A stretch of 64,000 nucleotides of DNA from Nitrososphaeria archaeon. Lineage in GTDB: Archaea; Thermoproteota; Nitrososphaeria; JACIWG01. The stretch covers positions 228,326-292,325 of the forward strand of contig CAVVXT010000012.1 in the NCBI GenBank assembly GCA_963752255.1, written 5' to 3'. Numbering within the stretch: the first letter of the stretch is position 1; the number at the start of each line of letters is the position of its first letter. The notes under the pieces were generated by a model that was not told the DNA's origin, did not search any database, and worked only from the letters and a program-made list of their open reading frames with translations. Positions 41,916-51,733 of the stretch are shown one piece after another. The translations under genes were made by a program, and so were the position numbers.

Positions 41916-42898
41916 TCCTTAACCACCTTTCTCCTCAATATCGATGCCGGCAGAGAGTACATGTAAAATGTGCCAACAGGGTCCTTGATCTGGCTCATGA
42001 GCTTATCAACGTCTTCCTGAGTCAGGTGCTCCCTTTCATCTTCTAAGCCAAGTATGGACGCTACAGCACTGATCATAGCCGAACCCTGCTCCGGTGAATT
42101 TGGAGGTGGGCCACCGCATCCCGTACACGGCATGTCAACGGATAGGCATTGAGCCCCACATCCGTTGCGGGTTCCAGGTCCCATGCAGATGATCCCCTGC
42201 TCGAGCAGACACTTCTCCGGTTCAGGAACTTTTTCGTGAACACGGTAGATCCTTGAAATCTTCTTGTTCTCCTTCTTCCTTGGGCACTCGTCGCATACGG
42301 ACTTAAGAGGTGCGAGAACCGAACCCTTAGGTGGCAACTGCCCTTTCGCTATAGCATCGAGAGCGTTTGCTATTAGCTTGACTGGAGGTGGGCAGCCGGG
42401 CAAGTAATAGTCCACTTCAACGGTCTGGCCCAGGGTCCTGACAGTGTTATATAACTTTGGAAGACTGAGCACTCCTTCTTTCACTACAGTCTGAGTTTGT
42501 GGGACAACTCCGTCAAGATTAAGAGTAGATTTATTCTCCAAATAGACTTTATTTAAGATATCTTTGCATTCATATAGATTCGCCAGTCCAGGTACGCATC
42601 CTTCATGGGCGCAGGAGCCGAAAGCCACGAGCGTCTTAGACTTCTTCCTCAAGAGCTCGGCCATGTGTTTTTGCTCTTCGGTTCTCACTGAACCGTTGAA
42701 GAAGCAGATGTCAACATATTTGTCTGACATCGCTTCAACATCACTGTACTTGACGTCTATTGCGACAGGCCAGAAGACTATATCTGCCATCTGCACTAAA
42801 TCAAGTATCTTCTCGTTTAAGTCGAGCACCGCAATTTCGCATCCACCGCAGCTGGCAGCCCAGTAGAAGGCCACCTTCAGTTTCTCGTCGGCCATCAC
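41912..42898 (-). CDS. mvhG: [NiFe]-hydrogenase small subunit (MvhG)
   Basis: ASCGGCE, AFGSCA, YLPGCPP, CDEC, CLLEQGIICMGP.T..GCGAQC, PCTGCGG. Confidence 0.94.
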   Translation of the reverse strand: MMADEKLKVAFYWAASCGGCEIAVLDLNEKILDLVQMADIVFWPVAIDVKYSDVEAMSDKYVDICFFNGSVRTEEQKHMAELLRKKSKTLVAFGSCAHEGCVPGLANLYECKDILNKVYLENKSTLNLDGVVPQTQTVVKEGVLSLPKLYNTVRTLGQTVEVDYYLPGCPPPVKLIANALDAIAKGQLPPKGSVLAPLKSVCDECPRKKENKKISRIYRVHEKVPEPEKCLLEQGIICMGPGTRNGCGAQCLSVDMPCTGCGGPPPNSPEQGSAMISAVASILGLEDEREHLTQEDVDKLMSQIKDPVGTFYMYSLPASILRRKVVKE

Positions 42899-43785
42899 TT
42901 ATCAGCTTGACCTATATCGCTGAGTATTTTAGACGCGTTAACCCTCAAATCGTTTAAAGCGAGCTCTTCAGGTGTCAAGCCCATCGCTAAACCAAGTAGC
43001 TGGGGATAGTGCAGCACCGGAATACCGTAAACTTCGCTGAACATTTTCTCTATACGCACTTCGTTCGTGTCGTACATTATGTGACAGAAGGGGCAGACGG
43101 TTATCAGGGCCTGAGCACCCACGGCTTTTATGTGGCTCAACTTATCCCTTGCGAGCTGTAATGCGATTTTGTCGTTCACACCCACGCTCGGCGCGCCACA
43201 GCATTCTGTTTCGTCCATGTAGTCCAAGCATGTTGCTCCCGTTGCTTCAATCAAAGTCTTGAGCACCATCGGATTCTCCGGATCATCAAACCCAACATAC
43301 TCCTTGGGTCTAACGATGTGGCAGCCGTTGTGCTCTGCAACCTTTAACATCGTAAGCGGCTTAACTACCGAATTCTTTATCTTCTCCAAGCCTACGTCTT
43401 CGATCAAGACCTGCATAAGATGTTTCGCTTCTACTGTTCCATTAAATTCAAGCCCAGCCTCCTTCAAGTGTTTATTAATTTCCTCTCGCAACCCTCCGTC
43501 TTCCTTCAGCATCTTGCCAACTTTCTTGAGCGTTCCAGCGCAGCCTGGGCATAAAGTTATTATGTTTAGACCCTTCTGCTCAGCTAACGCCAGGTTCCTC
43601 GCAGCCAGTATAAGCATCATTTCGTGGCTAACAGGGTCCAGTGGTAGACCGCAACAGTTGAACTCGGGCATTTCAACCAGTTCAACACCTAACTTTGTAA
43701 GGGTCTTCCTAGCTGAGATTTCGAAAGCTGCAACCCTATACGGAATCGCGCATCCTAGGAACATAAGGTACTTGTTCTCTGCCAT
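42895..43785 (-). CDS. hdrB: Heterodisulfide reductase subunit B
   Basis: FLGC.IP and two CCG domains (NCCG/LCPGC; HNGCH/ECCG/VCPFCH..YD), HYPQLLGLAMG. Confidence 0.94.
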   Translation of the reverse strand: MAENKYLMFLGCAIPYRVAAFEISARKTLTKLGVELVEMPEFNCCGLPLDPVSHEMMLILAARNLALAEQKGLNIITLCPGCAGTLKKVGKMLKEDGGLREEINKHLKEAGLEFNGTVEAKHLMQVLIEDVGLEKIKNSVVKPLTMLKVAEHNGCHIVRPKEYVGFDDPENPMVLKTLIEATGATCLDYMDETECCGAPSVGVNDKIALQLARDKLSHIKAVGAQALITVCPFCHIMYDTNEVRIEKMFSEVYGIPVLHYPQLLGLAMGLTPEELALNDLRVNASKILSDIGQADK

Positions 43786-43788
43786 ATC

Positions 43789-44313
43789 CTAAACCACTTT
43801 CTTCTCCATATGTTTGAGAAAACCTACACCGTTCAGCGACTTGCGAATGCTCTCAGGGTTGCCTTTTGGCAACGGGGGCAGCCCTAAAGACTCCCGCTTT
43901 TTCAACCGCAGTTCTGGGATCTTGTAAGCGTAACCTGACTCTAGCACGCTGGCACACTGTTCCTTGAACACTTGGGGTACAACCCCCTCCTCTACAGCCA
44001 AGTTTCTCAGTACACGTATAACGCTTGCGACTTCGACGTCCTGTGGGCAGCGGTCTGTGCACGTAAAGCATGAAGCACACAACCATAGTGTATCGCTCTT
44101 TAACACCCTGTCCTTCAATCCAAGTTGCGCCATGCGTATTATCTGTCCAGGCCTGTAGGTGTCACTAAATCTTGCGACCGGACAGTCTGAAGTGCATGTT
44201 CCACACTGGAAACAGCGCATCAGCTTTTCTCCTCCGTGCATCTTGGAGATTTCATACTTGAACTTGGGATCGATCTCAGATGCCTTAACAACCTTCTTTT
44301 CTGTTTCGCTCAT
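43789..44313 (-). CDS. hdrC: Heterodisulfide reductase subunit C
   Basis: CFQCGTCTSDCP and WLCASCFTCTDRCP. Confidence 0.94.
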   Translation of the reverse strand: MSETEKKVVKASEIDPKFKYEISKMHGGEKLMRCFQCGTCTSDCPVARFSDTYRPGQIIRMAQLGLKDRVLKSDTLWLCASCFTCTDRCPQDVEVASVIRVLRNLAVEEGVVPQVFKEQCASVLESGYAYKIPELRLKKRESLGLPPLPKGNPESIRKSLNGVGFLKHMEKKVV

Positions 44314-44750
44314 TATTCATTAACCTCTTTAACCATAATTTGGTTTGGCCCCATCTCTTTGATCTTTTCCACCATGTCTTTGACCACAACTGCAAACTTA
44401 TCCCCTTCACTGGCCGAAATCCATTCCAGCCTCAGCCTTTCAGGCTCAATTCCTAATTCTTTGAGAACCCTCTTTAGGAGCATGATTCGTCTTAACGCCT
44501 TAAAGTTTCCACTAATGTAGTGGCAGTCAGATGGTAAGTGGCAACCGGCAACAAGCACTCCGTCCGCACCATCCCTGAAGGCTTCGAGAATGAATGACGG
44601 CTCTATTCTCCCACTGCACATAACACGCACGATCCTAATGTTAGGAGGATACTGAATCCTACTAACACCAGCAAGGTCAGCGCCAGCATAACTACACCAG
44701 TTACAAAGGAAACCAATAATTTTAGGCTCGAAGCTACCTTTTTCAGTCAT
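44313..44750 (-). CDS. mvhD: Hydrogenase iron-sulfur subunit MvhD
   Basis: [39 protein letters not shown]. Confidence 0.95.
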   Translation of the reverse strand: MTEKGSFEPKIIGFLCNWCSYAGADLAGVSRIQYPPNIRIVRVMCSGRIEPSFILEAFRDGADGVLVAGCHLPSDCHYISGNFKALRRIMLLKRVLKELGIEPERLRLEWISASEGDKFAVVVKDMVEKIKEMGPNQIMVKEVNE

Positions 44751-47700
44751 GCTTCCACCTCCAATAATGCCGCTTTAACCTGCGCCATAATCTCTTCAGT
44801 TGTAAAGTGCCCCATGGTGATGGCTTTCGTTGGACACGCTGCACCACATGCACCACAGCCCTTGCACAGGGCTTCAACCACGTGCGCGACAGCCTTACCT
44901 TCTTTATATTCCATTTCAATTGCCTTATACGGGCAAAGGTCTTCACATATCCTGCATCCACCGCAGAGATCTTCATCCACGTTCGCCACGATTCCTTCCA
45001 TCTCAAGCGACTCTTTCGAAAGTATGGTTGTCGCCCTTGCCGCAGCAGCGCAGGCTTGAGAGATACTTTCATCAACGTACTTGGGAGAATGCGCCATTCC
45101 GCAGAGGAATACACCTTCGGTTGCAAAGTCCACCGGCCTTAGTTTCATGTGGGCCTCCAAGAAGAAGCCATCCTTCGTCAACGGCACCTTTAGCATTTCT
45201 GCCAGCTTTCTATTGCCTGAATCAGCAATGGTAGCCGCGCTCAATACTACGATGTCGGGTTCGACTTCAACTTCTTCTCCTAGTGTTGGTTCCAAAAACG
45301 TAACACCTAGTTTTCCACCGTCATTTCCAACTTTAGGCTTTCTTGCGTCACTGTAGTTTACAAATAGCACTCCCTTCATAGCTGCTTCTCGGTAATAGTC
45401 TTCCTTGAAACCGTAGGTTCTCATATCTTTGTAAAGGATGTAAACTTCAGTTTCTGGGCTTACTTCTTTGATCTTTATGGCATTCTTTACTGCCTGGCCA
45501 CAGCAGATCCTTGAGCAGTTGGGGTTCTCTTCATTTCTGGCTCCGACGCACTGAATCATAACGAGCACATCTTGCATTGAAAGCTCCTCCAGCTAGCCTA
45601 TCTTCAAGTTCGTGCTGTGTTAGGACCCTAGGGTCCGTCCCGTAGAGGTATTCCGTCGGCTTGTATTCGACGGCTCCTGTAGCAACTATTACAACACCGT
45701 GCAAGATTTCCACTTCTTTCCCGTTTTCCTGCTTCACCTTTGATCTATAATTGCCTACGAACCCATATACGTCAACGACTTCTGCACCGGTGTAGACGTG
45801 TATCTTCCTATTTTCGGTGACGCCCCTGATCAGTTCTCCGAGTTTTTCTTTAGGATCGACCTTTTCTCCCAGCATGTAATGGATCTTCCTAAGGTGACCG
45901 CCCAGTTCCTTCTCCTTCTCTACAAGGTTCACTTCAAATCCCTGCTCTGCGAGTTTCAACGCAGCAGTCATGCCTGAGACCCCGCCCCCTATAACTCGGC
46001 CGACAGGTGTAACGCTTACACGCGGTTTCTGTAAAGGCTTCAGCAGTACTGCTTTTGCAGCGATCGACCGCACAAGATCCTTGGCCTTCTCGGTTGCCTC
46101 CCTAGGCTGGTGCATGTGCACCCAGCTACACTGGTCACGTATGTTGGTCATTTCAAAGAGGTAGGGGTTCAGTCCAGCTTCCTGCACCGTTTCCCTGAAC
46201 AACGGCTCGTGAGTCCTAGGCGTACACGAAGCCACAATAACACGGTTCAAATTGTTGGCTTTGATCTTCTCTGCAATAAGTTTCTGTGTGTCCTGAAACA
46301 TGTGTAAAGGTTAGCTTCCGCGTAGACCACGTTAGGAAGCCCTTTAGCGTATTCAACTACTTCAGGAACGTTGACCACTCCACCGATATTTATTCCGCAG
46401 TGGCACACGAACACGCCTACACGCGGTTCTTCCCCACTTACATCCCTCTCCGGTGGGTACTCTTTTTTGGCTACCAGAGTTCCCCTCTCGCCTGCGATTT
46501 CCTCCATCGCCATTGCGGCTGCGCCGCTTGCCTGTGCGACGCTTTCGGGAATATCCTTCGGACCGCTGAATGCACCACAGACGAATATGCCTTTCTTAGA
46601 CGTTTCCATCGGCAAGAAGGTTTCTGTTTCACAGAAGTTGTACCTGTTAAGCTTTATTCCGAAGACCCCAGCAAGCCCCGCAAAATTCTTCGGAGGCTGC
46701 ATCCCTGTCACCAGAACGATTAAGTCAAAATCTTCTGTTCTCGGATTATTATCTTCAACATAGTTTATGGAGATGTTGTTTGTATTCGGGTCCTCCGTTA
46801 CGCTAGCAACCCTGGACCTAACAAATCTTACCCCATATTCCTCTTCTGCACGATTCCTGTAGGCATCAAATTCCTTACCGTATGAGCGCATGTCCATGTA
46901 AAAAATAGATGCATCAAGCTTTGTCGGGGTGTGCTCTTTAGCTATCACCGCCTCCTTTATGCCGTACATACAGCACGCTGCGGAGCAGTAGTTGTTACCT
47001 AGCTGGTAGTCCCGCGAACCAACGCACTGAATGAAAGCGATCTTCTTAGGAATTTCGCCGTCCGAAGGCCTGAGCACAAGCCCACCATACGGTCCTGATG
47101 CGCTCAGGATTCGCTCGAATTCTATGCTTGTCACGACATTCGGGTACCGGCCAAACCCGTATTCACTCTTCAGTTTAGCGTCGAAGGTTTCAAATCCTGG
47201 TGCAAGAATTACCGAACCAACCTCTAACGTGGTCTCGCTGTCTTCTTGTTCGTAATCGATAGCCTGAGCTTTACAGATTTCAGAGCAGGTTCCGCAGCCG
47301 ATGCACTTTTCACGGTCAATAGTGTACTTTAAGGGAACAGCCTGAGGGTATTCGATATAGATCGCACTTCTCGTTCCAAGGCCTTCGTTGAAAGCGTCAA
47401 CCACTTCAACTGGACACTTCTGTGCACAGAGTCCACAGCCGTTGCATTTCTCTTCGATCACGCGCCTGCTCTTCCTTCGAATTCCCACTTTGAAGTTTCC
47501 TGACTCTCCGCTAAGGCCTGTTATTTCTGCATTTGTCAGAATTATGATGTTCGAGTGCCTTCCCGTTGCAACAAGCTTTGGTGAGAGGATGCACATCGAA
47601 CAGTCGTTCGTTGGGAAGGTCTTGTCAAGCTGGGCCATCACTCCGCCTATGCTTGGGCCCTGATCAACTAGGTAAACTCTAAAACTCGAATCCGCTAGAT

Positions 47701-47770
47701 CGAGGCTTGCCTGGATTCCAGCCACCCCTCCTCCTACTACGAGAACCGCACCAACCTTCTTGTCTGTCAT
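44747..47770 (-). CDS. hdrA: Large (~1000 aa) two-FAD-domain HdrA-family protein (frameshifts near 46295 and 45570)
   Basis: GGGVAG...DKTFPTNDC, inserted ferredoxin, IQCVGSRD, then [15 protein letters not shown], second [18 protein letters not shown]-terminal 2x[4Fe-4S]; spread over three ORFs. Confidence 0.9.
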
Positions 47771-48541
47771 CTACTCAACCTCCAACGCTTTATAGAGTGG
47801 TGTCTGGTCTTCAATTGAATCCACGGCTATCATGTTCTTCCTGCGCATGTTAACGACCTCCGTAAGAACCTCAGCAGGTTTCATATGGACGGCTGCTGCC
47901 AGATCTTTAACCGATTTAGGCTTATTCCGTGTGAGAATGTGAATCTTTTGACGAACATATTCGGATAAAACCATATCGTTGAGTAAGGAATCGAATTCCT
48001 CCTGCGGAATCTTTTCTTCGTAAACGTTATTCTTCTCAGTTAGCTCCCTTTCTCTTCCAACGATAACCCTTAACCTGAAATTAGCGGCAGCATTCTTCGC
48101 TGCCTTAAGGTTCAACAGAATGTCCTGGCTCTTGGCTGACACGGGTGAAGGACCCAATTTCCTGATACGTTCTGTGAATTCGGTCACCAGCATGGCGAAC
48201 CGCTGTCCTTCCGACGCTGAAACCCATTCCAGTTCCAGGCGTTCAGGCTCCAGCCCCGTCAGCGCCAAGAGCTTTTTAGCCAAGATGATCTTCCTCTCTT
48301 CGTACAGGTTTCCCTCAACATAGTGGCAGTCTCCGGGGTGGCATCCCAGAACCAGTACACCGTCAGCTCCCCTGATCAGAACCTCTAGGGGAATTGTCGG
48401 ATCTATCCTCCCACTGCACATAACACGCACGATCCTAATGTTAGGAGGATACTGAATCCTACTAACACCAGCAAGGTCAGCGCCAGCATAACTACACCAG
48501 TTACAAAGGAAACCAATGATCTTAGGCTCGAAGCTGCTCAT
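47771..48541 (-). CDS. mvhD: MvhD fused to a C-terminal putative winged-helix domain
   Basis: MvhD motifs (CNWCSY, MCSGR, GCHPGDCHY, WVSASEG) plus ~120 extra aa ending KPKSVKDLAAAVHMKPAEVLTEVVNMRRKNMI...PLY. Confidence 0.85.
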   Translation of the reverse strand: MSSFEPKIIGFLCNWCSYAGADLAGVSRIQYPPNIRIVRVMCSGRIDPTIPLEVLIRGADGVLVLGCHPGDCHYVEGNLYEERKIILAKKLLALTGLEPERLELEWVSASEGQRFAMLVTEFTERIRKLGPSPVSAKSQDILLNLKAAKNAAANFRLRVIVGRERELTEKNNVYEEKIPQEEFDSLLNDMVLSEYVRQKIHILTRNKPKSVKDLAAAVHMKPAEVLTEVVNMRRKNMIAVDSIEDQTPLYKALEVE

Positions 48542-48543
48542 CC

Positions 48544-50244
48544 CTATGACACCCCCAGAGTGGCTGTGGCCTCAGCCAACACCTGCGCGTCACTGAAGTG
48601 CCGCATGGTTATTGCTTTTTCGGGGCAGCTGGCGGCGCAAACGCCGCAACCCTTGCAGAGCACATCATTAACCCAAGCAACCCCCTTCTCATCCTTCTGT
48701 ATGGCACTGTAGGGGCACAGTTTGATACACGTTCCGCAACCCGTGCAAGCCTCCCCCTTCACCGAGGCCGTTATGGCTTCGGTTGTTACACGCTTAAGAG
48801 CCATGGGGATACCTGCCCTCGAAGCTGCCGCGTACGCTTGGGCGACGCTTTCTGGAATAGTCTTAGGGCTGTGTGCTGTTCCACAGACAAATATTCCGTC
48901 GGTGGCAAAGTCCACCGGCCTAAGCTTAACATGGGCTTCAAAGAAGAATCCGTCTGCTCCAAGTGGAACCTTAAGAATTTTGGAGAGCTCCCTGCTTCCC
49001 TCGGACTGGATCAGCGGAGTCGATAAAACGATGAGGTCGGGTTGGAGTTCAAGGGTTTCGTTGAGGGAGATATCGTGAACCCTTACGATGATCATTCCGT
49101 CTGCTTCCGAGAAGACTTCCGGAGGTTCTTCTTTTTCGAATCTTATAAATTGGACGAAGCTCTCTCTCGCCTGCTTATACTGTCCCTCAAATTCACGGCC
49201 GTAGGCCTGCATGTCCCTGTAGAGTACGGTGACTTCGGCCTCTGGGTACGTTTCTTTGATCTTTAAAGCGTTCTTAAGTGCGACTGCGCAACAGATTCTT
49301 GAACAATAGTTTATTCCACCCTCTTTTTCTTCCCTCGCGCCCACACACTGGATCATTACAACGTTCTTCGGCTCAGGCAGCGCCCCTTCTTTCAGAAGAC
49401 GCTCCAACTCCAATTGTGTGATAACTTCCTTGTTTTCTCCGTACAGATACATTCCCTTAGGCTTGAGGACATCCGCTCCCGTCGCGACTACAATGGTTCC
49501 TGCGTCAAGAATTTCTTCTTTACCATTGTTATCTATTGTTACCTTAAAGTTGCCTATGAAGCCCTCATTACGTTTTACTGTTGATGATGTGTAGGTCTTT
49601 ATGTTAGGATTTGAGCGGACGGCCTGTAGGTAAACTTCTAAAATTTCACCCGCGTCTTTTTCGCTCGGATATAGGCTGTAAAGCTCCCGAAGTTTTCCAC
49701 CCAGCTCAGGTTCCTTTTCTATCAAGTGAACCTTGAAGCACTGGTTTGCCAGGCTTAACGATGCTGTCATTCCCGCAACTCCACCACCTATCACAAGCGC
49801 CAAAGGCTGAACGTCAATTTCAGGCTCACTTTGAGGCTCAAGCAAGGCTGCTTTGGCCACGCACATCTTGACGACCTCTTTGGCTTTTTCTGTTGCTTTC
49901 TGAGGCTCCTTCGCGTGTACCCAACTGCATTGCTCCCTTATGTTCGCCATTTGAAATAGGTACTTGTTCAGCCCAGCTTCTTCGCACGCGCTTCTAAAGA
50001 GCGGTTCGTGAGTTCTCGGCGTGCATGAAGCAACAACTACACGGTTAAGTTCGTGTTTCTTGATAGCTTCTTTTAGTTTCCCCAGCCCCTCAGATGAGCA
50101 CGTGTAAAGGTTTCCCTCCGCGTGTACGACGTCTGTTAAGGTCTTTGCGTATTCGACGACGTCAGGAACGTTCACTACTGCTCCGATGTTGACTCCACAG
50201 TAGCATACGAAAACTCCTATTCGGCACTTCGTCTTCTCGCTCAC
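48544..50244 (-). CDS. hdrA: HdrA-family flavoprotein (566 aa)
   Basis: [46 protein letters not shown]-terminal ferredoxin. Confidence 0.92.
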   Translation of the reverse strand: MSEKTKCRIGVFVCYCGVNIGAVVNVPDVVEYAKTLTDVVHAEGNLYTCSSEGLGKLKEAIKKHELNRVVVASCTPRTHEPLFRSACEEAGLNKYLFQMANIREQCSWVHAKEPQKATEKAKEVVKMCVAKAALLEPQSEPEIDVQPLALVIGGGVAGMTASLSLANQCFKVHLIEKEPELGGKLRELYSLYPSEKDAGEILEVYLQAVRSNPNIKTYTSSTVKRNEGFIGNFKVTIDNNGKEEILDAGTIVVATGADVLKPKGMYLYGENKEVITQLELERLLKEGALPEPKNVVMIQCVGAREEKEGGINYCSRICCAVALKNALKIKETYPEAEVTVLYRDMQAYGREFEGQYKQARESFVQFIRFEKEEPPEVFSEADGMIIVRVHDISLNETLELQPDLIVLSTPLIQSEGSRELSKILKVPLGADGFFFEAHVKLRPVDFATDGIFVCGTAHSPKTIPESVAQAYAAASRAGIPMALKRVTTEAITASVKGEACTGCGTCIKLCPYSAIQKDEKGVAWVNDVLCKGCGVCAASCPEKAITMRHFSDAQVLAEATATLGVS

Positions 50245-51557
50245 GATATCGCCTCCTTAATCGTTTGTGCTATCGTTTCCGATGCACGAGCCGCTGCGCC
50301 GCTTGCCTGTGCGACGCTTTCGGGAATATCCTTCGGGGATTGGCAGTACCCACATACGTATATGCCAGGGACGTTTGTGTCAACTGGTGCAGTAAGCTGT
50401 TCCCATGACTTAAAGAACCCGTATTCGTCAAGGTCCAGCCCCATCGTTTTGGCAATAATCTTGTTGTCTTTCTTAGGCACCAGCGCAGGACACAGCACGA
50501 CCAGATCGGTCTCCAAAACCTTCATCTTACTTGATGCAAGCTCTTCATAGTGAATCTGCAGATTTTTTGTTAAGGGGTCTTCGTTTATTCCACCAGGATG
50601 AGCTTTGACGTATTTGATTCCATATTCCCTTCTGGCTCTATCGACAAATTCCTGAAAACCCTTTCCAACAGCTCTCATATCAATAAACATGATGTAAACA
50701 TCCGTTTCTGGAGCGTGATCCTTTATCAGTATGGATTCCTTTGTCGCGTAGACGCAGCATACGCTCGAACAGAACGGAAACTCTCCATGCTGGCTTCTTG
50801 AGCCAACACACTGGACGAAAACAACGCTTCTAGGCTCCTTCCCATCGGACGGCCTAACGAGGTGGCCACTCGTTGGTCCTGAAGCGCATATTATTCTTTC
50901 AAATTCCATGGAATGTACGACGTTCTTAAACCTTCCGTAACCGTATTCATTCATGGCAGATGGGTTGAATATGTCGAAACCGGTTGCGAGTATTATGGAT
51001 GACACGTTTATCGTTTTTTCTTTAGGCTGCTGTTCATAGTTGATAGCCTTCGAGGGACAGAATTTCTGGCAGACCTTGCAAACGCCCTTAGTGAAGTACA
51101 GACAGTGTTCCGGGTCGATAGTCGCAACCAAGGGTACAGCCTGCTTGAACAGCATGTACACCGCCTTCCTGTTCCCAAGTCCCATGTCAAATTCGTTTGG
51201 AACCTTCACAGGACACTTCTCCATGCAGGTGCCGCATCCTGTGCATTTTTCAGATTCCACATAGCTGGCTTTCCTTAGAATTTTGACATTGAAGTCTCCT
51301 GCTTTACCCCCAACTTCTTTAACCTCAGAGTAGGTTAACAGCTCGATGTTTGGGTGCCTGTAGCATTCGATCATCTTTGGCGCAAGTATACAGATCGAGC
51401 AGTCCAGTGTTGGGAAGGTTTTGTCAAGCTGAGCCATGCGTCCGCCTATGCTGGGCAGTTTTTCGACTAGGTAGACTTTGGTTCCGCGGTTAGCAAGGTC
51501 CAAGGAAGCCTGGATGCCCGCTATGCCGCCTCCGACTACCAGAACCGAATTCGACAT
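50241..51557 (-). CDS. hdrA: HdrA-family flavoprotein (438 aa, lacking the N-terminal Cys domain)
   Basis: GGGIAG, DKTFPTLDCS.CIL, inserted 2x[4Fe-4S], [25 protein letters not shown]. Confidence 0.92.
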   Translation of the reverse strand: MSNSVLVVGGGIAGIQASLDLANRGTKVYLVEKLPSIGGRMAQLDKTFPTLDCSICILAPKMIECYRHPNIELLTYSEVKEVGGKAGDFNVKILRKASYVESEKCTGCGTCMEKCPVKVPNEFDMGLGNRKAVYMLFKQAVPLVATIDPEHCLYFTKGVCKVCQKFCPSKAINYEQQPKEKTINVSSIILATGFDIFNPSAMNEYGYGRFKNVVHSMEFERIICASGPTSGHLVRPSDGKEPRSVVFVQCVGSRSQHGEFPFCSSVCCVYATKESILIKDHAPETDVYIMFIDMRAVGKGFQEFVDRARREYGIKYVKAHPGGINEDPLTKNLQIHYEELASSKMKVLETDLVVLCPALVPKKDNKIIAKTMGLDLDEYGFFKSWEQLTAPVDTNVPGIYVCGYCQSPKDIPESVAQASGAAARASETIAQTIKEAIS

Positions 51558-51733
51558 AAGTTTGAACGCCCTTTTTCCGTTTGTTTGAGTGATTGTTTAG
51601 GGGTAAATAATCTTTGTGTTTGTAAGACATTATTAATGCATTTAAGACCTTCTTCATCTAATGCTACGTGAACGTTAAACGTTTCCGTCATTAAGATGTA
51701 GCCTTCTTTTCTTTTAAATAAGGACAAAGACAG

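Noticed and set aside
40461-51557. Selenocysteine recoding in Mvh/Hdr genes
   Set aside because: The relevant positions are Cys codons (DPCFGC, CNWC, GCH..DCHY). The breaks in the large hdrA are frame changes, not in-frame TGA.
40461-51557. Evidence of methanogenesis
   Set aside because: Hdr/Mvh occur in many non-methanogens, and no mcr, mtr or methyltransferase genes are in the window.
51669-51686. Imperfect palindrome GAACGTTAAACGTTTC upstream of the first hdrA as an operator
   Set aside because: Short and imperfect, with no convincing second copy found; cannot be supported from sequence alone.
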